Virus record (IMG/VR): IMGVR_UViG_2920693923_000001
Coordinates: 64,001-128,000 of that record
Strand: one strand, 5' to 3'
Origin: a virus
Lineage: Duplodnaviria; Caudoviricetes
DNA length: 64,000 bases
The translations under genes were made by a program, and so were the position numbers. The notes beneath the pieces were generated by a model, which did no database searches, was not told the origin of the DNA, and worked only from the letters and a program-made list of their open reading frames with translations. Shown piece by piece: positions 9,673 through 22,938 of this stretch. Every line of letters begins with the position of its first letter. Positions within the stretch are counted from its first letter, which is position 1.

Positions 9673-10608
9673 GTGAATATTATGTGTAAGAGAGTTTATT
9701 TAACAGCAAAAGAGGCAGAAATGGAAATGCAGGAATTACGGAATAAAGAAGGTTTTACTGGAAAAATGGAAACCGATTATATTTCACGAATGATTAAGGA
9801 TGCAAAGCGAAACTCCATGATCGGAGACAAGCTTCAGCTTGTAGTAGATCCAATGTATATCCACATTCCTGAATGGCAGAGAAGATTAAAGCTTGCTAGA
9901 GCATACACAATCGGAAACACATATAACAAGTATAAATGGGATGTTCCGAAGGTACTATTCCACAAAGGCAGACTGTATGTTATTGATGGTCAGCACAGAA
10001 TATATGGCGCATTTAAAGCAAAAATGGATGCTGTTGTCGTAGAAATCATGGAATGTTCACTTGAAGAAGCGATTGATTTGTTTATTAATCAGTCCCAAGA
10101 TAGAGCAAAAATGCAGCCAATGGACATTTATAAAGCAGCTATTGCAGGCGGCAAAATAGATTATGTTAAATTACAGGAAATTTGTCACAGAAATAATGTT
10201 GCAATAAAGGGAGATGATGATAATGAAAACACAGTAGGGACGCTTACATCTATCTCAGATGGTGTTAAATTATCAAAGACAAATCCTGAATTATTGAATG
10301 CAATGCTTGTATTACTTGGAAAACTCGGTTGGAATGGATATGCAGATAGTTATAATGGAAAGGCATATACAGCGAAGATAATTCGTGCATTAAAGGCATT
10401 ATATGCTTATTGCGAAGGTAGAACAGATGAAATGGAACAGGCGTTAATTGAAAGATGTAAAGGAACAGAGTTCTTCGTGGATAATATTATGGATAAAACA
10501 CAAGCGCAGATATTTGATTATTTATCAGACATTGTGAGATATGAGATGGAGAACCCATTTAAACAGGAAAAACCAAAGCGTAAAACAAGAAAAATACAGG
10601 CAATGTAA
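9673..10608 (+). CDS. ParB/Srx-fold protein (DUF6551-like)
   Basis: YVIDGQHR motif, preceded by WQR. Confidence 0.7.
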   Translation: MNIMCKRVYLTAKEAEMEMQELRNKEGFTGKMETDYISRMIKDAKRNSMIGDKLQLVVDPMYIHIPEWQRRLKLARAYTIGNTYNKYKWDVPKVLFHKGRLYVIDGQHRIYGAFKAKMDAVVVEIMECSLEEAIDLFINQSQDRAKMQPMDIYKAAIAGGKIDYVKLQEICHRNNVAIKGDDDNENTVGTLTSISDGVKLSKTNPELLNAMLVLLGKLGWNGYADSYNGKAYTAKIIRALKALYAYCEGRTDEMEQALIERCKGTEFFVDNIMDKTQAQIFDYLSDIVRYEMENPFKQEKPKRKTRKIQAM

Positions 10609-10631
10609 AAGAGAATAAACAACAGAAGGGA

Positions 10632-10838
10632 GTGATATTTATGGGATCTATGTATAGAAAGACAAAACAGATGCGTGATTTTGAACCTATTCTTAAACGG
10701 AATGGGTTCAGATATTTGCGAAGTCACGGAAGCCATTTTACATACATAAATACAGAAACGCATAAGAGAATTACAATTAACAAAGATCTCAATCGGATGG
10801 TGGCAGAACGATTGATGAAGGAATACGACTTAATATAG
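10632..10838 (+). CDS. hicA: HicA-family mRNA interferase-like protein (orphan)
   Basis: ILKRNGFRYLRSHGSHFTY. Confidence 0.75.
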   Translation: MIFMGSMYRKTKQMRDFEPILKRNGFRYLRSHGSHFTYINTETHKRITINKDLNRMVAERLMKEYDLI

Positions 10839-12866
10839 GAGGAAAACAGAAATGGAAAATACAGTACGGTTATATACATATCAGGAAGCAGTACATATAT
10901 ATAAGAAGAAACAGGCTCGTAAAAAGGCAAAAAGGAAGGCAATCATCAAACGGAAATTAATCTGGTTATTACGTGCAAATTGGACATTGCTTACCATCGT
11001 GCCAATGATATTTATATCAAAATGGTGTTTTGATGGTTCACCAGATTACATATTATACATGATTGTATATAGTTTCTTATGTATATTATGTTGCTACGGA
11101 CATGTAAAGGGATATTAAAGCAGAAAGAAAGGATGGTTATTTTATGAATCCAGATTATGAACAAATTAAACATATAGCGTTAGAGAATGTAATGCAGAAA
11201 AAGAACAGAAAGGCAGTATATGATTTTCAGTGCCTCCACGCAGGAAAACATTGCAATAGAAAACGGAACAGAAAATAAAAGAGAATAAATGGATATTTCA
11301 TAGTGAAAGGCAGGTAAAAGTTATGTATAAATGGATGTATGACAGAGTTGTAACGGAACATAGTAAAAAGTCAAAAGAAGAACTTGCACAGGAGATTATG
11401 GCATTAGAAAAAATTGAGTGCTCTGATAGATGCTTTGCAAATGAATGCCAGGCAGGGGCGACTATCTATAATATCAATGAGTTATTTTCAGCATTGAAAG
11501 AACTGAAAGCGGGATTTACATATGAAAAAGCTGCTAAAGTTTATGAGTTGATGGAATCAGCGGAGAGTAGTTGGAATTATATTAAAAGAGAAATTTCTGC
11601 AATGAATGATAATTCAAGATGTAATAAGGTATTAGAAGATTTTAAAAACAAAGTTGCCAACGCAACTGATAGTAATGATAGTATCTGAAATGCGTGTTTC
11701 ATATGGAAAGGAGAAAATAAAATGAATGAATCATTATTAGCATTATTGAAAAAAGAGGATGGTCTTGTAAGAGATGTACGGTTAAATAAGGAAACTTATG
11801 AGATGTTGAGAGATAAAAATAAGCATCTTGCATCTGAATATATGGGAAAACTAGAAGAGTCTAAAGAGGTGCTTTTGGAGTGTCGAAAAGAAATCTCGCA
11901 GTATTTGGATTTTTTGGAGGTTTTAAAAGAGAGCTAAATTCGCATTTCAAAGGAAAGGAGCAAATTATGAATAGATACTTAGTTGTGTGGTTAAGAGAAG
12001 GCAGAGAGAATGTTGATGTCATTGATAATGCTATCACTCCGCATGAAGCAGCTAATAAGGTAAGAGAAGTGCATGTAAATGCTAACGTAGTAGCAGTAGG
12101 CATTATGTTAGACAACGAACAGTGGAATTACTTGTAGTAGTTGAAACTAAGATTTACAGGGAAAAGGAGTGATAATATGTGGAATACACCACATTCAAAA
12201 ACAGGATGGAATTTAGGAACAGAAGATGAATCTATAGAATATTTTACATTAAATGGTGTAACTTGTTATCATGATTTATTAATAGATAAATATTATGCTT
12301 TTCTTGGAATAGCAGGTGATAGAAAAGTAGAATTTGAAACTATAAAAGATTTACAAAATGGAGTGAATTGGCATCCAATGAGTGTGAATTATAAGAAGGA
12401 GTGAAGGCATATGAATATTAAAGAACAAAAGGCAGAAGCGCGAGACAGAAACGATTTAATAGATCACTTAATCAAGCTCATTGAATCAGATGATAAGCGG
12501 TATTCGTTTGAGTGGTCATGTGGTAATGCAATGGAAATTTTTGATAAAGAAAAGGAAGTCGGATATGTGTTACACATTGATAAGATTGAATATGATGTAG
12601 ATGGAAATGCAACTAATTTATAACGATTGGAGTGATTAAGATAAATAATAAACCATGTGCAATTGCAGTACGAATTTATGATGAAAATGGAATTACAAAG
12701 GCAGATGTAAAAACTTCTCCATGTGATGGTTTGAGAACAGAAACAATTATCTGGACTAAACTAGATGAGCGAGAGCGGTTTTATTATAATGGGTATACGT
12801 TGTATTATGATGAACGAATCAAAAATACAAAACCTTTTGCAGAAATTAAATAATAACGCAAATCAA

Positions 12867-12904
12867 AGGCAGTTAGGAGAATAAATACCTAGCTGCCTAT
12901 TTTA
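12867..12904 (+). terminator. Intrinsic terminator with GAGAATA in the loop
   Basis: AGGCAGTTAGG...CCTAGCTGCCT-ATTTT. Confidence 0.75.
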
Positions 12905-13142
12905 TTACAAGAAAGCAAGGTTGATTATGATGAAAAAATTTAGAAGTGCAGAAATGCAAACCGCATATAAAAATGGTGGATATAGAGAACAGTTTGCAAT
13001 GGTGAACGGAAATAAAGCAGAAATATATGTAAATGGACATAAATGTTTTAAGTTTACATATTCATCACGGAAAGAGTATCAGGATGCAAATGGAGCTACA
13101 TATGACACAGTAACAAAAAGTTGGATTGATTAGAAAGGCAGG

Positions 13143-14867
13143 TTGATATATATGGGTAATTTGAAAAAATTCGTAGGAGATTATGCGTATTCTTATATTA
13201 AAAACATTGCAGTAGATCAAGAGAAACTTCGTAAAGCATTAGTAACACCACAGAATGCCAGGAATGTGTTTTCTGAATTGGACGAGTTCCAGATAAAGTC
13301 CATCTGTGCTGAAATAAGTGCAAATGATACCTTTGGAACAATAAGGGAAACTACGCAGGAAGAAATCATTGAAGATTTTAAGAAGGTTGGATATGACACT
13401 GTAATTTTTGATGATGAAGAGAAAATAGCAGAATGCAAAAAGTATTATGCAGCAGGAGAAGTAATTTGCACTTATAATAATCTTTCTGGTCGTATGAGTC
13501 AGTATCATATGTTGGTTGCAATTAAGAAAGATATTGACAAAATACAGAGAAGTAAAACTCCACAAAGGGAAGATGAATATGGTACATCTATTCTTAATAT
13601 TCAGATAGCAAAAAACGGAAGTCATATGTCTATTAAAAATCGCTATAATCACACTGTAAATGAATGCGATAGTACACTTAATAATAATCTGGATTTGTTA
13701 GTTCCTGGATTACAGGCAAAGGTACTTGGATATTATAACATAGCTTCTCTTAATAAGAATAAAACCTATTATAGAAACATTGCTAAAATAAACGGAGTTT
13801 ATCTAAAATGTGTCGCAGAAGTTGAAAATGTGTATTTTGGCAACTTTGTTCTTGATAGTAAAAACGGAGTAAGATTTGCAGACAACGGAAGATATTATGT
13901 GAATACTGATCGTGATAATCTTTGCGTTCTTGATTTTCATGATAAAAAAGTAATCAAACTTTTCAATGAAAGAAATCAAATTAGTAAAGGAACTTTGTTG
14001 ACAAGAGCAATGAAAGAGAATTTGTTACATAGTGGCAATAAAGAATGTATAGATGAACTCAATATTGTTTTTGACAATGCTTTGAAAGAGTTATTACAGT
14101 GTAGAAGAAAGGCATTACAATTCCTTGCTTGTTGTTATGGTTACGATTTTCAAAAGCCATTCAAGGTAACTGGTTTACTTGGAAAATTTACAGCTAATAG
14201 TATTAAAAAAATAACAGGAAGCAATAACGGAATATTATTAGTCTGTAAGGGAACGGAGGTTCGTTGTGTTGAATTAAACACAGGGAAGTTTAAAGTAGAA
14301 GTGCCAAGAGACAAATATAAATATTCAATTGATGATTATTATGCAAAATATAACTTTGAAGAAGATAGAAAAAGCGGAAAACTTGGAGTGTTTATCATTC
14401 AGCAAGATGCAAAATATAAAAGGAAAATAAAAAGAACTTCTAGTTCTTACTATTGTTATAACAATCGCAGCTCAGATGAATTTGATAAAAGTGGTTGTAA
14501 TATCACAGAAGCAAGACAAGCGTTAAAATATCGTCTCAATACTTATAAGGCAGATAAGCGAAAAAGAGAGGTTGATTCGATTAGTTACGAAGCAGATCTG
14601 AAAGAGATTAAGGAAATGTTTCAGACATTAAAAGAAAAGCTTCTTGTTAAGTTAAGCGAGGCAAAAACTAGCAAAGACTATAAAAATATTGAGAACATAT
14701 TTGATTATAGTTTTGCATGGATGGTAAGTGATATAGAGAAATTCGAGAAGAAAGTCACGCAAAATAATTTCCGTACTATAGAAGAAGCAACTGATAGTAT
14801 TAAAAGTTTAAAGGAACAAATTGAAGTGAAAATAAGAAAGATAAACGGGAAAGAGGAGGAATATTGA
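13143..14867 (+). CDS. 574-aa hypothetical protein
   Basis: Long ORF, helical C-terminus, no motif recognised. Confidence 0.8.
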   Translation: MIYMGNLKKFVGDYAYSYIKNIAVDQEKLRKALVTPQNARNVFSELDEFQIKSICAEISANDTFGTIRETTQEEIIEDFKKVGYDTVIFDDEEKIAECKKYYAAGEVICTYNNLSGRMSQYHMLVAIKKDIDKIQRSKTPQREDEYGTSILNIQIAKNGSHMSIKNRYNHTVNECDSTLNNNLDLLVPGLQAKVLGYYNIASLNKNKTYYRNIAKINGVYLKCVAEVENVYFGNFVLDSKNGVRFADNGRYYVNTDRDNLCVLDFHDKKVIKLFNERNQISKGTLLTRAMKENLLHSGNKECIDELNIVFDNALKELLQCRRKALQFLACCYGYDFQKPFKVTGLLGKFTANSIKKITGSNNGILLVCKGTEVRCVELNTGKFKVEVPRDKYKYSIDDYYAKYNFEEDRKSGKLGVFIIQQDAKYKRKIKRTSSSYYCYNNRSSDEFDKSGCNITEARQALKYRLNTYKADKRKREVDSISYEADLKEIKEMFQTLKEKLLVKLSEAKTSKDYKNIENIFDYSFAWMVSDIEKFEKKVTQNNFRTIEEATDSIKSLKEQIEVKIRKINGKEEEY

Positions 14868-17342
14868 TATGCTGAAAATTGAAATTAAAACAGGTGGTGC
14901 AGCTTATAGAAATGAAGATGGCGAACTTGACAGAAGTGCATATGAGTTAAGGCGAAATTTAAAAGAAATTGAAGAAAAACTTGAATACGGATATCAAGCT
15001 GGTTACATAATGGATATCAACGGAAATAAAGTTGGTAATTGGACACTTGAAGATTAGCAGGAAATTGTAATTTCAGGAGGTAATAAACATGGCAGAAAGA
15101 TACATAAAAGAGTATGCAAATGATTGTAAGAGAAAAATTGAAGAAAATAATCTAATTAGGAGTAATTTAAAAAATAAGATAATTGCAAAAATCAATAAGG
15201 CTGTAAAGCTAAGGGATAAAGAGCTGATTACAGCAGATGAAGCGATTAAAATAATATTGGAACGATTTGAGGCTTAATACAGAGAATAATAAGGCAGACG
15301 CAAACAAATGTGTCTGTCTTATTTTATTGGAAAGGAGAATGTGAAATGAAACAGAATCAGGTTTGCTATTACATTGAAGATAGTCAGTTTGCAATGTATG
15401 TATCATATGGAATATATGAGTATAAAACAATGTGTACTCACAAAGTATCACGGTTGAAAGCACCAGAAATCAGATTAATAAATGGAGTCCCATTTGATGA
15501 TTTCCAGTCAGAAACGGAATTTAAGAAAGTTCCTAAAGGATGGACTTATAGCACAGATTTATATACAGTCACAGAGGATCTGGAAAAGAAAAAGAAAATT
15601 AATGTTGCAATGAAAGGCAGATACATCAAAAATCCTTCAGATATTCAGTGGTTATTTGATAATGGTTATCTTGTAAAAATGGAAGATGTAGAACCTATTA
15701 TTGAACCTGAGTTTGATCATAATACATATAGACTTGTAAAAAAATATCCTGCATGGACACAGTGTTATGGAAGTCATAATGATGCATATCCAAATGAAGT
15801 GTTCGAGACTTATGAGGCTGCTGAAAAGCGAATGGATGAAATTAAGGAAAATAGGCATAGAAAAGCGGTTGAATGTGCATTATTAGACTTTTATGAGAAT
15901 TTAGAATGGGCATTAGAAAAATATGAAGCTGAACATGGTGGAAGAGAAATTGAAAAAATAAGGCAGAAAATTTTAGCAAGACCACATTTAGATGACATTA
16001 TGTTTAGATACTACAAGGGAGAAATTCTTGTCGTATCAAGGGAAGCACATAGAAAAGACACACATATTGAATGGGAAAAGATAGCATAGAAAGTGAGGTT
16101 GATTGATATGTTGGAAAGTTATGTTATGGAAAGTGCAGATTATGCAAAGATTAAGAAATTAATGACACTACACAATATGGAAACATTTTGGGATGACGTT
16201 AGAAAATTCACAAAGAATGTGAGATCGGATCATAGTTTAGGTAGATGGCAGATATTATCAGAAGCGAGATATGGTGAATTAATGCAAGCGAAACGTAGTT
16301 TTTATGAAGATTAAAATGAGGTGATTGATAATGATATGTGAAATAAGCAAGAAAATATTAAATGAAGTATATGGTGGAGATACAAAAGAATCAAGAGAAA
16401 AAGCGATTAAAGATGGATATTTTATGGAATGGACAAAAGAAAGAATTAAAAATGCATTTAAAGCAGGAAATGGAACAGAAAAGGATTTAAAAAGATATAT
16501 GAATGATAATAAACAATATTGTGTATTTGTAGAAATTTAAACCCAGTTGATAGAACTGTTTCTTGAAAAGAAAGTGAGGTACAAAATATGAAAACAATAA
16601 TTAATAGAAGCGAATGTAAACCATTAAGTGACAACATTGAAGGTAAGTTGGTAGTAATTAAACCAGATTTTTTCAAACCAGAATTTAGAGAAGCAAAATA
16701 TCAGATTGTACTTGCAACTGGAGGTTTTGGTTGTGATGCAAATAAGATGGGAAATGCGGTATATATAGAAGAAGTTCATACTGATAATCCAGAGCATTAC
16801 AGACAGGAAAGATACAACCTTATTGGTGAACCAACAGAAGAGATTATTAAGGAATGGAAATCAATGTATGGTGAATTTAATGAAAAAGTACAGAAAGCAT
16901 TGGAGGTGTAGGAATTATGATGACAAGAGAAAGATTTGCGGAGACAAACTGGAAAATGAGTTATGAGGAATATCAGAAATGCTATTGTCCTGAATGTAAA
17001 AAAGAAGAATGTCCACACAGAGGAGCAATAAGAAGAGTACCTGAAATTGATGGTGGACTTGGTTTATGTCCTAATCTGAAGGGAGAGTGATTAAAATGGT
17101 AGTAGAACGTAGATGTATTAATCTTTATTCTGATATGAATCCGTGGATGAATTTAGTTTTATTGGTAAATGATGAAGATTTTGATAAGGCAAAAGAAGTA
17201 ACAGAAAAAGCCTTTGATGATTTTTGGAATGATCCAAAAGTTGAAGAAGAATGTTGGTCTTATGGAGATTGGATTGGATGGAAACTGAAAGAAGTAGGTA
17301 TCGAATATGATATGTATTTTAGAGATGGAAAGGATGATTAAA

Positions 17343-17537
17343 ATGTGCAAACATAAACCGAAGAATCTAAGAGAATTTGAACCGATTCTTAAGGCAAATG
17401 GCTATCACGAAATTAGAAGTCGTGGTAGTCATTTTATTTATGGAAATGGAAAGAATCAGATTACAGTGAACAAGGATTTGAATAAGATGGTTCAGTTACG
17501 GTTGATTAAAGAGAATAACTTAATGGAGGTGAAATAA
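17343..17537 (+). CDS. hicA: Second HicA-family protein (orphan)
   Basis: LREFEPILKANGYHEIRSRGSHFIY; clear paralog of the 10632 gene. Confidence 0.75.
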   Translation: MCKHKPKNLREFEPILKANGYHEIRSRGSHFIYGNGKNQITVNKDLNKMVQLRLIKENNLMEVK

Positions 17538-18128
17538 ATGGAACTACGTGGCGTAATTGTGGATGAATGTGGAACTATTAAAAGATATTTCAGTGATTAT
17601 TCTGAAACCGAAAATGAAAAATATTTAGAAGATCATCCTGAGTATCATGTATCTGTTATAGAAAGCGAGGAATAGGTATGACAAGCACAATAACGAGAGA
17701 TTTTGTAGTTAAAAACGGAATCGCAAGCTTCCCGATGAAAGAATATCCAAACTATTGCGGGATTGAAGATATTGGATATATTTCACACGGAGAATGGGCA
17801 GACGCAGAACTTGAATACAAGGGAAGATTGTTCAACGAAAATGTGGTGTCAGATGTAATGTGGGAAAGATTTATTGAAGAATTTCCTGATAAAGATGGAG
17901 ATTACGAAGTCTTTAATCAGTATATATATGACAATAAGGACGAAGTGTATGAGTTATTAGAAGATTGGAGTGATGAAAATGAAGAATAATGATTATCCAA
18001 TATATTTTAAAAGTAAAGGTAATGATATATATGCAAGCTATGATGGTGTGCGATGGTTTTGGTATGGAAATATGGAATGTTGTTAGTAAGAAATAGCAAT
18101 TTCAAATGGAAAGGATGGTTGATTTATT

Positions 18129-18302
18129 ATGGCAAAATTTAATGTTAGATATTATGAATGTTATGAAAGATATTATGAAGTAGAGGCAAACAGTAAAGAA
18201 GAAGCAGAAGAAAAGTTAATTGATGCTATTAAGGAAGGTAGAGAAAATGCACCAGATCAGTGTTATGACAGTGACGCAGAAGCTACGGAAATGGAGGAAT
18301 AG
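18129..18302 (+). CDS. DpnD/PcfM-like small protein
   Basis: MAKFNVRYYECYERYYEVEANSKEEAEEK; below the track length cutoff. Confidence 0.55.
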   Translation: MAKFNVRYYECYERYYEVEANSKEEAEEKLIDAIKEGRENAPDQCYDSDAEATEMEE

Positions 18303-21130
18303 ATATGGAAAATATTACAGTAAGAGAATGGGTAAATAAATTTAATAATAAAGAATTTGAGTCTAAAAACAGAGCAGTTCAGTGTAATGCAGGTTGGTAT
18401 GATTGGTTTTGTTCAGATGATGCGTTGGCTGGAAGATTAAAGAAAATGGGAAACATTATAAAGGATATTAAGAATGATTACATTCTTGATAATTTCAGAG
18501 TGTGGTTTAAAAATAATTGTCCTTGTTCTTATCCGCTATATGATGATTTTAGATTTGAGCCAATAATGGAAAACGGAGAAGATTCGGACGATACAATTCG
18601 TGACCAACTATATTTTGGAGTGCAATGCGGACATCCATTTGGAAGTGACTATATGTATGAAGTTTTTACAGCAAGAAATGGATATAGAACTGAGTTTAAA
18701 TGCAAAAATAAAAGAGAAGTTCTAAATGTAATTGAACAACTTGCAGAAGATTTTCAGAAAGAAATAGAGGTGTGAGTTGCGATAAAGAGTTAGAAATGGA
18801 GTGATGATATATGGATTTTACAGAATATATTGAAAAACAAAAGAAAAATTCACATAAAGATATTTTATCAGATATTTGTTTACTGTTACATAATTGTGCA
18901 GAATGTAAAGAATGCAATCCATCAGACATTTTGTATAGAGATGTTCAAAAAGCGACACAGAGTTGTTTTTATTTAGAACCATATGATAGCAAAACTAATA
19001 TTAAACTATTAGATATTGCAAAGAAACATAATTATCATGCAGGTTTTGTTAATTGGAAAGATGGAATGATGATTAAATTTTGGAGATGAATCAAGAGTTT
19101 CATTGAAAGAATGGAGGAAATGATATGACCTATTTAGAATTAGCAAGAAAAATAAAGAGTGCATATAAGGAATTAAAGCAAGATGAAGTATATAAATTTT
19201 TCAATGTCATATGGAATAATGACCTTGGAGAGTCAGAAATTACAGTTGAAAATGATGCTGGATTTAGAGCAATTATTATTGGTAATACAAGTAGTGTAAA
19301 AAAATCAAGAGGTTACATGTATTTGTTTTATACCAATGATGACACAGGATCATTTCCGACTATTAAAGAAATAGAACACAGATTAAAAGTAGTTGCAAAT
19401 CAAGAAATTTTAACAGATAAAAATGCGGATTATTTTGATTGGAAACAGTATGGTTCTTTAGAAGAACAGAGAAAATATTTTTCAGAAATAATTTTAAATA
19501 CAATGAAACGATGATTTACTGTGAAATTGGAGGGAATATTATGTTGAATATAGTTGTTATTAATTGTGATAGGAAATATGTGGAATATGAATGGGATTCA
19601 AAGAAAGCATTTGTACAGGATATGCAAAGTGATAATGAAAATATTCCAATGCTCGATGATCCTTTGGCAGAAGTCAACACACAAGACAATAATTTACAGT
19701 TATGGTGGAGAAATACAGATGGAATGACTGTAGACGATTTGTTAGAAGAATGTAAACAGGAATTAAATTAGATAGGAGTGATAAAATGGAATGTCCGATA
19801 TGCAAAAATAAACTAGGCTTTAATTGTGGAACATGTATTGAGTGTGGATATAATTATCTGAATGGAAAGTTTGAACATATAAGAGTTTATGTTGATGATT
19901 TAACAAATATTGTTCCGTTGGATATTTTAGAAGAATTGATAGAAGAACATAAAAAATTTAAGAAAAGATGAAACGGAAATTTATTTGGAGGTGATGCAAT
20001 GAAAATGAATATCCATATATCAGAAACGAAGAATGAATCACTCGCATATAAGCTAATCAGAAGAAAGGCAAGAAACATGTTAGAACCTTGTACGGATCAG
20101 GAACTTGGACAATATGTGCGAGGTATAGTTGACATGCAAAGCGAAATCTATGGAGAAGGAATTAGTCAGCAATCAATGAAATAATGTAGTTAATAACCTG
20201 TAGGCAACAATTGCTCGCAGGTTTTATTATTAAGGAGGAATTTATATGTTAGATATTACAGTCTTAAATAATATGGAATACGCAGATGCGGAAAATTTTG
20301 TACATGACAACGGCTATATTAATACTATCGGAGCGGATGAAGTTGCAGCTAGTAAATCCGATAGGGTAGCAGATACATACTATGAGTTATATGATAACGA
20401 TGGAAACATGGTTGATATGATAAGTTTCTATCAGTATTATAACGGCGAAAACATAAATAACCCTGATCTGAACGCAGAAATTGTAGAACAGGGATGGGAA
20501 AGAGTCGCCTAGTATGGTATAATAGTTACATATATAAGAGAAAGGAGGGAGACAAATGGAAGTTGATGCAATGACAAAATACAAAGGTTGGTATACGAAA
20601 GCATTAAATGCTTCAGAAAGACATGATGTGAATGATTTCTTGAATTATACATTAACGATTTATAATGGGACATCATTAAATGCACCAGACGACTTGTTAA
20701 AGTTGACTGAAGATGATGCAGATGTAAGCAAAGATGAAAAGCATAAAATCATGGTCAAGACATTATTAACATTACAGAATCAGCTAAAGACAAGAAAATA
20801 TTTATAATTTTTTAACTAATAGTTTAATAGGCACATATTGGAATGTAAATATTAATCTTTTATTGAAAAATGTTTTTAATTAATAGATACATTTTGGAAC
20901 GTATAATTTAAAGCTGTATATAAAGAAAAAGGAGATGATGATATGGACAGTCTAGCATTGATTATTACAATCGCTCTTATTTGTATAGGACGCAAGATAT
21001 ACATTGAAGCAAAAGTAAATAGCTATGATCTTGATAAGGTGTCAATCGGAAAAATGGCTATGGATGCTGGTAAAAGCCCATCACAGATAAAAAGTAAGAT
21101 GGTATCTGGTGGTTACAACAAAGATAGTAA

Positions 21131-21379
21131 ATGGAAAATATAGGAGAACAAATGGAGATTATTAATCCTTATGAGGTATATGGATGTGATGGAACGGAAA
21201 TGGTGGTTGTATCTAAGGTAGAACGTAATATAACAGATGATATTGTATTATTGATGCAGCTCGAAAATCTTGATCGGATCTATCATAAACAGAAAACGGA
21301 AATCGGTCGATACTTACGGTATTGTACAACGGCAGAAATAATGAAAATTAATAAAGCAGTAAACAGAATATTGGGATGA
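21131..21379 (+). CDS. Possible degenerate PemK/MazF-fold protein
   Basis: C-terminus IGRYLRYCTTAEIMKINKAVNRILG resembles the MazF tail; lacks the RP motif. Confidence 0.3.
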   Translation: MENIGEQMEIINPYEVYGCDGTEMVVVSKVERNITDDIVLLMQLENLDRIYHKQKTEIGRYLRYCTTAEIMKINKAVNRILG

Positions 21380-22506
21380 AAGGGTGGTAGATATTATGAA
21401 TAATACTATTATATTATTAGAGAGTAAAGCAAATTTAACACGGAGGGAATATCAAAAATTTGCAAAGAGAGATACAATTAGGAGGTAAAGACTTATGAAT
21501 GATTTTACAATATATAGGAATTATGGAGTACTTGGGGCTGAAAAAAGAAATATATATACATATGGAGCACCGCATCTTAGAGGAGTCTGTAATGATGAGT
21601 TAAAAGTTAAGTTACCTGATGATTGCAATTGGAAGTTATGTGAGAATAATTTTGGTCAGACTATGATAGAAGCCCCTTGGGGTTGGACATATAATCTCAA
21701 TGAAGTGTTACAGGGAAATGAAAATCCATGTTTGTATGCTTTGGATAAAGATCAGAAGGCACATAGAGTTGAATTAGTAATTATTGAAGAGAAATAGAGA
21801 ATATAAAAGTAGAGCAAGCCATCGGAAATTAATCTGATGGCTTTTATCAAAAAAGGAAGGTAATTATTATGGAAGAACTTATATGTGGAGTAATATGGTT
21901 TGCATTATGTTTTTTTGCTATATGGATTACAAGAGATAAGGACACAATAGAGGAAAATAGAAAAAGACAATTCCAAGAACAGGTTCACGAGTTGTATAAA
22001 ATTGGTGATGTGGAAGATGTTATTTTAAAAGAAAAGAGGTAATCATTATGGCGCAGTTAATCGGATGTTTAGTAGCAATGTATTTATGTATTTATCTTCC
22101 TTGGAAAGCGAACCAAAGGGAAGAATCTCGTAAGAGACAAGATATGTATAATAACTTAAACAAGAAGTCTGTAGATGAAATGGGAAAGTGGAGAAAATAA
22201 GAAGGGTGGTGTATTATATGAAAAGAGAAGATTTTAAGAAGATTATTAAACTGCGTAGTTTCTGGAAAATTGATAAACGAAAAGGCAATTATGAATTACC
22301 TAACGGAAAGCATTTGTCAGATTATGTATCAGATCTTATTGAGTCTCAAATGAAACTCGACACTTTAGGCATTAGAAAAAATGGGGATTTATGTTTTGTT
22401 TCTGGTGGCACATGGAACGTTGAAACAAAAGAATTTGAAGACTATACTCTTATGCCATCATTTAAAAATAATGAGATGTGTTCATATGATGAAATGCAAA
22501 AAAGGA

Positions 22507-22938
22507 TTAATTGTTTAATTCGTGAATTATTATATTAATTCTATTGTCAATAGCATTGATAACCTTATCAGATAATCCATTCCATTGTGGTTTCATTGAA
22601 AAATATTCAACCATTATAATAGAAGCGAAAGCGTTTGCATCAACTTCTGCAATTTGAAGGTTATATTCTTCGATAGATGAACATTTGTTAGATGGTTTAT
22701 ATCCTGATAAATAGAATTCATCATCAGTTTGGTATTGATAAATATGACGAAGTTCATGAGCAATGGAAAATATATAATCTGTATTTGGTTTGTCTATTTT
22801 AGTTAAATAAATTATATTAACAGTTGGTTCACATTGAGCCAATGTAGTTTTAGTATGGAAATGAGAAGTATCATATGAAATTTTTGGTACTTCTATTTTA
22901 AGTAACTCACAAATATCTGTTATAAATTCTTCTATCAT
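22507..22938 (-). CDS. HExxH zinc metallopeptidase (ImmA/IrrE-like)
   Basis: IAHELRHIYQ...EVDANAFA; GGAGG RBS. Confidence 0.7.
   Translation of the reverse strand: MIEEFITDICELLKIEVPKISYDTSHFHTKTTLAQCEPTVNIIYLTKIDKPNTDYIFSIAHELRHIYQYQTDDEFYLSGYKPSNKCSSIEEYNLQIAEVDANAFASIIMVEYFSMKPQWNGLSDKVINAIDNRINIIIHELNN

Larger units (their letters stand above)
10852..22538 (+). other. Array of roughly 40 small co-oriented hypothetical phage early genes
   Basis: Closely packed ORFs with strong RBSs; few recognisable domains. Confidence 0.75.

Noticed and set aside
6140-9700. Arbitrium (aimR/aimP) system expected in SPbeta-like phages
   Set aside because: No TPR-type receptor of about 380 aa or secreted pro-peptide gene is recognisable in the window.
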